A stretch of 64,000 bases of DNA, taken from the human T2T-CHM13v2.0 reference genome, Homo sapiens. A program made the translations under genes and the position numbers. Below are positions 16,886 to 29,370 of the stretch, one piece after another. Under the pieces are notes generated by a model. That model searched no databases and was not told where the DNA came from. It saw nothing but the letters and a program-made list of their open reading frames with translations. The stretch lies in NCBI RefSeq assembly GCF_009914755.1, contig NC_060933.1; one strand, written 5' to 3'. Within the stretch, counting starts at the first letter, position 1. Every line of letters begins with the position of its first letter.

Positions 16886-17162
16886 GGCAGGTGCAGTGGC
16901 TCTCACCTGCAATCCCAGTGCTTTGGGAGGCTGACGGGGTAGGATTGCTTGAGGCCAGGAGCTCAAGACCAGCCTGGGTAACACGGCGAGATCTCTGCCT
17001 CTAAAAAAAAAAAATCTAAAAATTAGCCAGGAGTTCAAGGCTGCAGTGAGCTAGGATTGCACCGCTGCACTCAGTCTGGGCAGCAGAGTGAGATCCTGTC
17101 TCAAAACAAAAACAAACAAAAAACAACAACGAAAACAAAACAAAACAAAAAAACACAAAAAA
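16886..17162 (+). mobile_element. AluJ with internal deletion and (CAAAA)n-like tail
   Basis: TSD AGAGTTTTGTA on both sides. Confidence 0.85.
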
Positions 17163-19679
17163 AGAGTTTTGTAGAGTGAAGTTCCAAGCATCGACTTTAG
17201 AGTCTAATACCTCTAACTCCTACTTTCCATGATATAACTTAGGAAAGCCACTTTATCTCTCTGAGCCCCAGTTTTTGTAGTTATAATATGGCAATCATAC
17301 TCCCTGCTTTACAGGATCAGTGTTGGTTATTGAGTGAAATAGTTTAGGCAGAAGGACCTAGCCCAGTGCCTGACACAGAGGAAATACCCCGTGAATGGCA
17401 ATGATCATGATTCCTAACAGTTGCAGATAAGGACCGACATTAATTCAAGAATTATTTGTTGAGTGCCTGCTAAGTCCTAGAGTGGTAAATAAAAGAGACA
17501 GGGCTCCTCAGGTGCCTGCCCCTGTGAAGCTTACAATCTAAAGAAAGGAAGTCGCTTTTGCTGAATGCTGTCTTTGTACCAGCTCTCTGCGGCACAAAGG
17601 CCCTCTCTATTAGGGAAGGTGTTGAAACAATCACAAGTTGGATCCGTTATTCTGTGGGGCCTCAGTGTCATAAAAGCAGGTCTGCATGTGTTTATGGCTT
17701 CTTCATTTCAACAGCACTGTTTGTGGGTATCCTCCGTTTATTTCTCACATCCATCCAGTCAAAGTCTTGTGAAAGTGAGCCTGCCACATTTACACACCTG
17801 TCCCACAAACATGCTAATCCCACCTGCCTGCTTTCTGCTCCTACCAGCAGGTCAAAAACTGTGCAGATCAGGGAAAAGTTCTGTTTAGCCAGCAAGACTC
17901 ATAACTGAGGAGATTTTACCCTTACTCTTTCAAGGCAGAATCAATCCATTCTAGTTCCCGCAGATCAATACCAGAAAACAGCCCTAGGAGTAATGATGTA
18001 TTTATTATCATAATTGAGAGAGCCCTTAAAGAGGGCCAAAAAGGAAGGAAGTGAGTGGTGGGGATCTGAGCTCCAGGAAGCTGCCCGAGTTGGCCCTGGA
18101 CCTGTGCAGGTGAGGCCTGGTAAGCATGAAGGCCTGCTTTGCACGGCTCTCCACCCTTAACCCATCTCTTTCAGAACAGGTACTATTTGTGGCACTGAAC
18201 ACTTTCTGGGATCTTATCATGTATGAAATGCACTGACATTTTTTCCCCTGATTATAAAGGTCATATAGTTCATTATTAATTTTTTTAAAAACTTAATTGC
18301 CTTCTTCCTTGATAATGAAACAGTGATTTTTTTTTTTTTTTTTTTTTTTTTTGTATTGGCCTGGAAATACGGCCAGTCTCAGGAAGTGACTGCCATTGAC
18401 AAAGCCAATTTCCCATCCTCCCTTGCAGTGAGGAGGGGCAATGTGACCCATTTCTAGCCAATGGTATCTAAGCAGGCCTGGTGGGGAGTTTCTGAGAAAG
18501 TTTTTGCTGCCAGGCCATGACATCTGAAGCTGGGGGAGTAATCCTGCACCCATGAGGCAATGACAGAAAAGACATCAGGCTGAAGATGTCAAAGAAGTGT
18601 GGATGGACATGTATTCTTAATGGCTTCATTCTTTCTTAACAAGAAGACTGAAGATGATTACTGGCCAGTAAAATAAACACCTACTGTTCAAGCTACTGTT
18701 GGTTGAATTTTCTGTTATTTGTATCCATATTCCTAAGTGATGCAAATATGCTAAAATAAAAAATGATAGTCTCTGTGTAAACCATTCCCAAGACGTAGCC
18801 ACTGTTAAACAGTTAACATTGGGTATATATTTTTTCAAGAATTTTATGCATATATGAATACATATAAATAATCACAAATACATATAAAATTGATGGGCTC
18901 ATATAATAAATGCATTCTGTTCTAGAACCTCTTTTTTACTTAACAAAATACCATGATATATTTCTATGTCAGTACAGCTTTTTTAAATGACTCAATCTAT
19001 TGCTAGACATTTAGGCTATGTCCAATATTTTCTCATTATAAGCAATGCTGAAATAATTATCCTTGAACATACATCTGTGTGCACTTGTCTGATTGTTTAT
19101 TGTGGATAAATTATTAGACATGGACAAAGGGTACACACATATTAAATGTTGACACATCTATCTAGAAAATGTTTATTGAGGGGCTAGTATGTGTGGCACA
19201 CTTATGCTTAGTGAACAGAACAGATATGTCTCCTGTCTGGGTGGAGCTATTTGTATGCTGGGAAGACTGACAGTTGAACAGGTTAACAAATAGTGGATGG
19301 TTCCAAATTGTGATGAGTGATAAGTAGGAAATGAACTAGTGGGATATGGAAATAAAAGGGACCTACTTAGATAGATGACCCATGAAGGCCTCCAAGAGGG
19401 TGACATTTGAGCTGAGAGCTCAAGGATGAGAAGAGCCCAGACCCTATAAGACTGAAAAGAGTGCTGTAGGCAGAGTCACCCAGGGAAGAAAGAGCTTTGA
19501 TGTTTAAGGATCTACAAGGAAGCCAGTTGGTTAGAATGGCTGAGAGGAGGATGGAGGGGAAGCTGGGTCCATATAGCATGGGACCTTGAAGGCTGTGCTG
19601 GAGCATTTAAATCTTATTTTATTTTATGGAAAGTCCCTGGAGGGCTTTAAGCAAGGGAGCACCTGCTGCATTTTTATTA

Positions 19680-20323
<644 letters not shown>

Positions 20324-20599
20324 TATTATTATTTGTTAATGATTGCTCTGGTTGCTACTTTCCATTGTTTGGGTAGGGCAAAGCCAGGAGACCAGTAAGG
20401 AAATTACTAGAGTGGTCTAGGCCAGAAAATATGGTTTGGAGTAGGGTGTATGAAATATACAAATTTGTATGCCTTATTTGTATACCTATATACAAATAGC
20501 TCAATAGATTAAAATGGATATTCCTATTATATACAATAGATGTATAATATACAATGGATATACCTATTTTTATAGGAATAGTTATTTAAAAATATACGC

Positions 20600-20893
20600 A
20601 TTCTCAGCAAACTAACACAGGAACAGAAAACCAAGCACCACATGTTCTCACTCATAAGTGGGAGTTGAACAATGAGAACACATGGACACAGGGAGGGGAA
20701 CATCACACACTGGGGCCTGTTGGGGTGTGGGAGGTAAGGGGAGGGAGAGCATTAGGATAAATGACTAACGCAAGCGGAGCTTAAAGCCTAGAGGACGGGT
20801 TGATGTGTGCCATGAACCACCATGGCACATGTATACCTGTGTAGCAAGCCTTCATGTTATGCACATGTATCCCAGAACTTAAAGTAAAAAAAA
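20600..20893 (+). mobile_element. 5'-truncated L1PA 3' end
   Basis: CATGTTCTCACTCATAAGTGGGAGTTGAACAATGAGAACACATGGACAC...AGAACTTAAAGTAAAA. Confidence 0.9.
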
Positions 20894-21139
20894 AACTATA
20901 TCTACATCTATATCTATATCTATACACACAAATAGATCAATGGATAAAAACAAAGCATTTATAAACAGAACTTAATATATGACAAAAGTGTATATTCTTA
21001 CACTAGTGGCCCATAGTTTCTTCTGAAGTTTTACATTATATTGTAATATTTGTTAGAGCAATATTTTCTCATTATTCTTCCATTTCAAAAATTTCATGGG
21101 TATTTCCTCATACTTATTTATCAAGATAAGTTTCTTGTT

Positions 21140-21457
<318 letters not shown>

Positions 21458-22272
21458 AATCAAGGTAAATTTTAAAATAATTTCATCATGTTCCATCTCA
21501 CCTCACCCCTCAGATCATAGTGGTTTCTTGATCTGAATTTTACTAAATTTATAAAGTGAGTTGGGGAGACACAGCATCTTTGCACTGTTGAGACTTCCTG
21601 CCCAGGGATTTGTTATATTTTTCCGACTATTAAGATCTTCTTTTATGTCCCTCAGTCAGGTTTGTAGTTTTCTTTCCATGGACCTTCACATTTCTTGTTA
21701 AGCTTATGCCTAGTATATGCCTTATAGTATTCATTGCTAATGTGAATATGCTTTTTTTCCATCATACTTCCTAAATGGAAATAACTGGTATTTAGTGTTG
21801 TATTTGGAGGTCTCTGTAAGTAATACCTCCCTCCCTATTCTAAGTTTGGAACAAACTGGGGCATAGACACAGGAAAGAGACATAAGACAAAAATACTACC
21901 TTAATTTTTAATGAAGCTGACTGGAAAAAGTAGCTTTTGCTCTGTAGCTAAGTGGGCTTGCTATATTTCTCCCTGAATTGAGTAGATTTATTTGTGTAGT
22001 GGCGGGTGGTGCAGGAGAATAGTATCACTCTGTCCCTGAAACAGGTTCACTTAACCCACAGTGAGAGCGCATGGAAATATTTGCTCTCTGCAGTCAGCCA
22101 AATCCAAAAAGAGAACTCAGAAGCATCTATTCTTGTCCACTTTTTCCAAACTCACTCATCTTCCCTTAGAGTGGAGAGAGGCCAGAAGTCTTATTCTAAT
22201 GGAAGTCCCTCTATATGGAAAAGAAGGCTTCTCCCTTCAATACCATAAGACAGGGTAAGGAAGAAAAAAAAG

Positions 22273-22295
22273 AATAATAATAATAATAATAATAA

Positions 22296-22326
<31 letters not shown>

Positions 22327-22338
22327 AAGAAGAAGAAG
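22273..22338 (+). repeat. Compound microsatellite (AAT)8(AAG)14
   Basis: Direct read; flanked by the 16-bp direct repeat AGAAGGCTTCTCCCTT. Confidence 0.93.
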
Positions 22339-24586
22339 GAAGGAGAAGGCTTCTCCCTTAACATTTAGGAAAACCATTGATTTTGGTGTTTATCTTATAA
22401 CTGACCACCTTACCAAAGTCTCTATGATTTTTAGTTGATTTTTTTTATTTTTACTTTTTGGGAAACACTTAAATCATAAGCAAATAATGACAATTTTATC
22501 TCTTCCCTTCTAATATTTATATTTCTTATTTATTTTTCTTATCTTATTGCATTGGCTTTATTCTATAGCCATTATAGCAGGCATCCTTTTGACTGACTTA
22601 AATGAGAATACCTTTAGTGTTTCACCATTAAATATGTTTGTTGATGGCTTCTGATAAACTTTGTCATGTTAAAAGTTTAAACTTTCTTCCTATAATAGTT
22701 TACTAAGAGTTTTTAGAAATTTATGGGTCATTAGTTTTGAAGTTTATAAAATACTTTTAAAGCATCTATCCCATTGATAATATCCTGTAATTTGTTTTCC
22801 TTTAACAATGCAATGCATTTACAAATTCCCTAATGTTGGATTTTTCTTGCGCCTCTGGAATAAATCTTGCTTGATCATGGTGGGTTTTCAGTTGCTTTAA
22901 TAGTAAACTGGATTCAAATGGCTAAAATTGTATTTAATAGTTTTACGACTATTATATACTTAAATATATAGTGCAGATTCACATATTGAAGATTTATCAG
23001 TGAGCTTTAGAAGGTGGTCCTGGCTCAGATGAGTTTGGGAAATGCCAGGTTAAACAAACCAAACAGGTTTCTTTACTCCTGGACTTCACAGAGGCCTTCC
23101 TTAATATACGAATACTTATCGTGATTCTCCAAAAGGTACACTATAAACGGCATGCAGCACTTTCTCAAGTTGCCCACAGAAGCCCATTTTCAAAAAATAA
23201 ATATTAAATTCTCTGGGGACTCGTGTTCTAGGTTAGTCATCTGCAGTTCTTTTTGGTATTGTCTGTTGGATTTTGGTATCAGGGTTATGCTAAACTTGGG
23301 AAATGAAATAAAAATTTTTGTTTCTTTTGTTTATTTTTTCCTGTGTAACAGTTTAAGTAACATAGGGATGATCTGTGCCCTGATGGGAGGATAAGGCTTG
23401 CTGTAAAGCCATCTGAACCCATGGCATTTCTGAGTAGTGAAGACACTGGGAATGCACACGTGCATGGCTTCCCTACAGGATGTTTCCCCCGACAGCCCAT
23501 TCTGCTTGGCACCCTTCTCTTTAGGATCAAACAGCTATTATGGAAAAGCCTAGAATGTGTGAAAATGAGACTCAATGCATTAGCAAATCAATGCTGATCA
23601 CTCCTGCATGGTCCTCAAGTCCTAACGAATGCTCCAGCCTCCTGGCAGGAAACCTTTCAAATCTTGCACACGCTGGCCTCTGCCTGGGGTGCCTGGCTGG
23701 GCGGTGTGGGGGGCATGGTTGGTTAAGGCGCAGAGTCCGCCTTTCCTACCAGCCACTCTAGCTGAGGGTCAAGCTCTGGACCCTCCCCCAACCATCCAGC
23801 TCCATTTTATCCTTGGCTTATGCCTTCCCCAAGTACTGCAGGGTAGGACTCCTGCTAAAAACTTCTTCTAGATGCTTGCCTGAGGCTGGCCCCATAAACC
23901 TGATTCTAGGCTTCTGGGGATAAATCATCTAACTAATATAAGAGAATTGCTAGGCAATTGGGGTTAGTTTGAGACGACTGGCTGAGCTCACCTCAGGTGA
24001 GCTGGGGGGTGGGGGAAGATGAGCTGAAGGATTCTAGGGTTCAGTGAAGCCTAGAATGGCTGGGTGGGCGGAGAGTCCTTAGAAGGGTCCAACTTCTAGC
24101 CTGAGGGCCTGGGGGCTTCCAGGGATCTGCAGCCGAGCGGAAGACCGGTCTTGCGTACAGCGAGGCCTACGAGAGCTAAGTGGGCTGAGGGTCCCTGGAA
24201 AAGACCAGCCTGGGGGCGGGGACCATCGATGCCCCAGGCTCTAGAGGCCGTGGGCTCCCGGGGGCCTGAGGCTGGACTGGGGTCGCCGGCGGGCTCGGGG
24301 AGGCCCGGGTGGGCGCACCGGGGCCCTGCCTGCGGCTGACGGGCTGGGTCGAGGGGGAGGCTGGGGAGGCGGGGTGCCGGCCGGGGCGGCGGCGCGGGCT
24401 CGGGACGCCAGGGCTCCCTCTCCCTCCTCCCGCCCGAGCCAGCCTCGGGCGCCGGGCGCCTCCCCCGATCCTGAACCAGCGCCAGCGCCGGGAGGCCCGG
24501 AGCCCGGCCCGCCGCCGCGGCCCGCGGAGGGAGCCGCCGCCGCCACTGCCGTTGTCGCCGCCGCCGCCAGGCCGCGCCCCGCCCCT

Positions 24587-24610
24587 CCGCCGCCGCCGCC
24601 GCCGCCGCCG
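24587..24610 (+). repeat. (CCG)8 trinucleotide repeat in presumed 5'UTR, with flanking shorter GCC runs
   Basis: Direct read of the sequence. Confidence 0.92.
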
Positions 24611-24695
24611 CTCTCGGTGAGGCTCGCGCTCGAGCTGCGGCGCCGGCTCCTGCCGCCTGGGCCCCGGGCCCGGCCCCTCCCGCGCCGCCCGGGCG

Positions 24696-24776
24696 ATGAG
24701 AAGCTGCTTCTGCGTGAGACGGAGCCGGGACCCGCCGCCGCCGCAGCCACCGCCGCCGCCGCCCCAGCGGGGAACA
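24696..24776 (+). CDS. MVB12B: MVB12B coding exon 1 (27 codons, MRSCFCVRRSRDPPPPQPPPPPPQRGT)
   Basis: ATG at 24696 (ggcgATGA) with an in-frame upstream TGA at 24618-24620. The translation matches the MVB12B N-terminus as I recall it. GT at 24777-24778 gives a phase-0 join to exon 2 (RGT|DQST). Confidence 0.93.
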
Positions 24777-26544
24777 GTTAAGTGAGGCCCGGGCGCCGCG
24801 GAGGCTCGGCGGAGCCGGCCCTGCAGCCGGGAGGGCGGGCGGGCGGGCGCGGGCCCCCGGCCGAGGGGCGGGCGGACGGGAGGAGCCGGGCCGCGCCGAG
24901 GCCTGCGGGCTCCGTGCCCGGCCCGCGGCGGGGACAGGCCCGGGCGGCCTTTGCAGAGCCCCGAGCGCGCCGCGGCTGCCGGTGCCCGGGCTCGGCCTGG
25001 CGGCGAGAGGCGGGAGAAGCTGGGGGACCCGAGTGCCAGCAGCGCCCCCAAGGCCCGGGCAGGTGAGGGGCGCCGAGAGCCACCTCTGCCCGCGTGAGAG
25101 GGAGGCGGCCCACCTGGGCACAGACTGGGAACAGTCAATCGTTTGACCGGCCTGGCCTGGGGTCCTGCTCTCTCTGGTCACGTGGGTGCAGACCAACGTG
25201 CACCTGCCCCAGGGGCATCACTGCCTCTGTGACCTGGGCACAGCAGAGAGGACACCTAAACCCTCAGGCACCTGTCTGCAAGGTGACATGCCCAGCCTGG
25301 GTACCCGAGACCCAGAGCACCCATCCAGGAACATGGTGGGCACGTCGAGCACCCTACAGTGACTCCAACACCAGCGAGACGGGAGGAGCAGGGGCTGGGA
25401 CAAGAGCTGAGGCATGGCACCAGGGGACATCACATCCTCAGAGGCAGGCACCAGGGAACGGGGTAGACCCAGGAGCATCTTTTGTCCTCTTTGTTACCAA
25501 CACACAACTGTTCTAAATCAGCAGCCCTTCTCACCATGAAAGATGAGACTCTTCTGTTCCCTGCCCCTCAACACCTCTTGCACAAGGCACTGAGGAAGAC
25601 CACAGGAGGGCAAAAGGCAAATGGTGGTTGCCCCTTCCCTGCTTCCTGCCCCCACCCAAGAACCAGAGCCCACTCCGATTGCTGCCACAAAAGCAGACAG
25701 CAGACCAGCTCCTCTTAGGGGCCTTTGTCTCTCGTGGTTCCTTCTCAGTATAATCTCATTGTACATTTCTCGACAGCTGGCTGGATCTCATCTCGTTTTA
25801 ACAGGGCTGGGAAATCTTATCAGCGGCACCAGGAAAGCTTAGAGAGTTAAAAAATAAGCTCTGTGAAGCCTTGACTAACTGAAAAACTCAATGTGCTAGG
25901 ATGTTTAGTTACAGTAGATGGTGACACCTTTCTTGCTTGTTAGAAATCATGTGGGGTCCTTGGAGATACTGTACCATGCTCAGAATCTTTAAATAGGGCC
26001 TCAGAGAGATGAGGCTTCTGCTTGGGACCCGGGCTCCAAGCCCCATGGGAAGCAGTTGACGTGGCGATTACTGGTTCATTTAAACCTAAACTTACCTTCT
26101 GTAATCCATATTTTTCATTCCTTCCTTCTAGGCTTTAGGTCACACTCCTAATTTAGGTTCAAGGCATTTTTCTTGCCCTGTCTCCATCCTGCTAGGGACC
26201 TTTTACCACTTCCAACTGGAATGTTGTGCCATGGTTATGTGCAGGGAGTTTAGAATTAGCCCTCAGCTTAAGTCTTGGCTTTCCTACTTACTTTGTGCCC
26301 TTGGACAAATTATTGAACTTTTCTGAGTTTCAGTTTCCTCATCTGTAGAGTGAAACTAATGATAGTATTCATCTCATGGGATTATGGCGTGATGTAAATG
26401 AAATTTTGCAAGAAAAGTCTAGCTCAGTGCCTGCTACATGGCAAGAAGTCAGTAAACGGTAGGGGTCATTATGAGAGGTTTGTTAACGGATGAATGAGAG
26501 GAGTAGCTTATTTATTTATTTTTAGAGTTTCTTTCTGTCTGCTT

Positions 26545-26848
<304 letters not shown>

Positions 26849-28070
26849 TATTATTTAGTCTTCAACGGGACAACCAGGAAGTGATGGTATAGTAGAAAGA
26901 ACACTGGACTTGGATTTAGGAGCTTGAGTTTGACTCTCAGGCTACCTCCTGGACCCCAGGTGACCCTAGGGGAGTCACAGAACCTTTCTGAATCCCCATT
27001 TCTGTAATGTAAAAGTGTCTTAAGAACAAAGCCTACCCCATAAAGCTAATCAGTCAAGAAGAGCTGAAGGAGCTAATGTATGTGACTGCACTTGGCACTG
27101 CAGGAGGTGGCGGTCCTCATGAAATTTAAGTGTGCGATTCAGCATCCAGCAGCAGATCATGGTGTTTTTTTCAGGTCCGATGTTTATACAGTTTGTTGCG
27201 GGGAGAGCATTAAGAAAAAGAATACAAGAATATCCTGTGTTTGTACATGTTACAGAACCACGCCACCATGTGAGCACACTGCTGGATGCCCTCTCAGGGC
27301 CTTGGAAGGGGTAAGGGAGAAGTGTAGTCTCTATCCATTTCATGGAGGATCTTCTCCTGGGGGGATCAGAATCCAAATGGCATAGGCCCCTCTGTCTGAG
27401 TTTGCTGGAAGTGCTCCATACTCAAAGGGAGACATCCTTGCCACACTGCAAAATAATGATGGTGCTGGAGTCAAGCATGGGAAAAGTCGAAGGTGCTATT
27501 ATGATGATGAAGATAACAAATGACTACATGGCTGGATGTGGTTAGGCTGAGCACACTGTGTTGCAGAGCCTCCTTTGCAGGTTGGGTTGTGGAGGGGAGG
27601 CCTGGGTTTCTTGAATAGACTCCTTCTCCCCAGGCTGCTCTGGCTCTCACCGAGGCCCACCCTGGCCAGCATTTCCCCAACCCACCCCGCCCCCAACCCC
27701 GGCTCTCCTTGGCCTTCTGCTTGCTGGGCTGCCCTAGGGAATCGTGGCTTCCCTGCGCTGTCTGCACTAGTTGCAGTGGGTTTGCCAGAGTCAGGTCTCC
27801 TGTCTCCGGCTGCCTGGGAGGCAAAGCCACTGCAGAGTGTGCTTGACATTACCTCCCTTGTTGGGGACATCCTGTGGGCATGCATTTGGTTTACTTGACA
27901 CGCTTCTGGCGAGATGCAGAGCTTGTCCAGGCAGAAATGTGAGAGCCCTGTGGGCCTGGAGCCCAGGGGTTGCACATAGTAGCTTTGTGGCTCATACTTC
28001 CCTTAGGACTGGAGGGCCATCTTGTTGGACCTGTGGCAGGAGTCAACACGAGTTTGTTCTTTCTTTCTTT

Positions 28071-28104
28071 ACACACACACACACACACACACATACACAC
28101 ACAC
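28071..28104 (+). repeat. (CA)n microsatellite, one interruption
   Basis: Direct read. Confidence 0.9.
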
Positions 28105-28364
28105 TTAAAAAAAACAGATTCTAATCAGCAGAGCAGAATATTCAAAAGAATATCCCCTGATCCTTTAGAAGAGAGAAATAAATGAGTTTGTAATGCACTA
28201 AATATGCCTGTGGTGTTGATGAAAATGCAGATTCTAGGACCTCATACTCAGACTTTATTGAGTCAGAATCTCTGGGGAACGGGACCTGGAATCTGCAGTC
28301 TTAACAGACACCTTGGGTTATACTTCTTCTTACTGAAATTAGAGACCTACAGTTCTTGATGCTT

Positions 28365-29370
28365 TCTAAAAAAGTGTTAAATACACGTAACATAAAATTG
28401 ACCATCCTACTCATCTTTAAGTGCACAGATCGGTGGCATTATGCACATTCACACTGTGGTGCAACTAAGCTCCAGAACTTTTCATCTTGCAAAACCGAAA
28501 CGCTGTGCTCATAAAACAACTTTGCATTTCCCCCTTTCCTGACCCCTGGCAACCACCATTCTGCTTTGTGTTTCTGTGAGTTTGACTACCCTAGGTAGTC
28601 AAACTGTGTGATCCTAGTGGATCATACAGTATTTGTCTTTTTGTGACTGGCTTGTTTAGTTTAGCATACTGTCCTCAAGGTTCATCATGTTGTAGCATAT
28701 TTCAGAATTTCCTTCCTTTTTAAGGCTGAATAATACTCCATTGAATATGTGGACCATATTTTGTTCATTCATCCATAGATGGATGCTTGGGTTGCTTCTG
28801 TCTTTTGGCTATTGTGAATAATGTTGCTCCGAACATGGGTCTACAATTCTCTTTGAGACCCCGATTTAAATTCTTTTGTGTAGATACCCAGAAGTGGAAT
28901 TGCTGGATCATATGGTAATTCTATTTATAATTTTCTGCGGAACCACCACACTGTTTTCCATAACATAGTGGCTGTGCCATTTTACATTCCCACCAGCAGT
29001 GTGCCAGAGTTTCCAATCTCTTCACATGCTTGCGAACAGTTATTTTGTTTGTATGTTTGTTTGTTTTTGGTAGTAGCCATCGTAATGAGTATAAGGTGAG
29101 ATGTCATTTGGATTTGCATTTCCCTAGTGGCAAGTGATGTTGAGCATCTTTTTGGGTGCTGGTTGGCTATTCGTATATTGTCTTTGGAAAGACTTGTTAT
29201 TCAAGTCCTTTGCCCATTTTTAAATTAAGGAATTTGTTTTTTTGTTGTTGATTTGTAGGAGTTTTTTATAGATCCACATATTAACTCCTCATCAGATACA
29301 TGATTTGCAAATATTTCCTCCCATTCCATAGGTTGCCTTTTTACTCTGTTGATTGCCTTTTGCTGCAAAT
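28365..29370 (-). mobile_element. L1MB/L1MA 3' region, antisense
   Basis: Antisense L1 3'UTR/ORF2 motifs (GAATTGCTGGATCATATGGTAATTCT, CATTCCCACCAGCAGTG). Confidence 0.85.

Larger units (their letters stand above)
24210..25150 (+). promoter_or_regulatory. MVB12B: CpG-island, TATA-less promoter and 5'UTR of MVB12B
   Basis: Very high GC and CpG density, GC boxes (GGGGCGGGG 24213-24221, CCCCGCCCC 24577-24585), spans exon 1. Confidence 0.9.

Noticed and set aside
24096-25196. Long antisense ORFs (366, 320, 169 aa) and sense ORFs across the CpG island
   Set aside because: Stop-codon depletion in very GC-rich DNA; low-complexity Ala/Arg/Pro/Gly translations with no domain.
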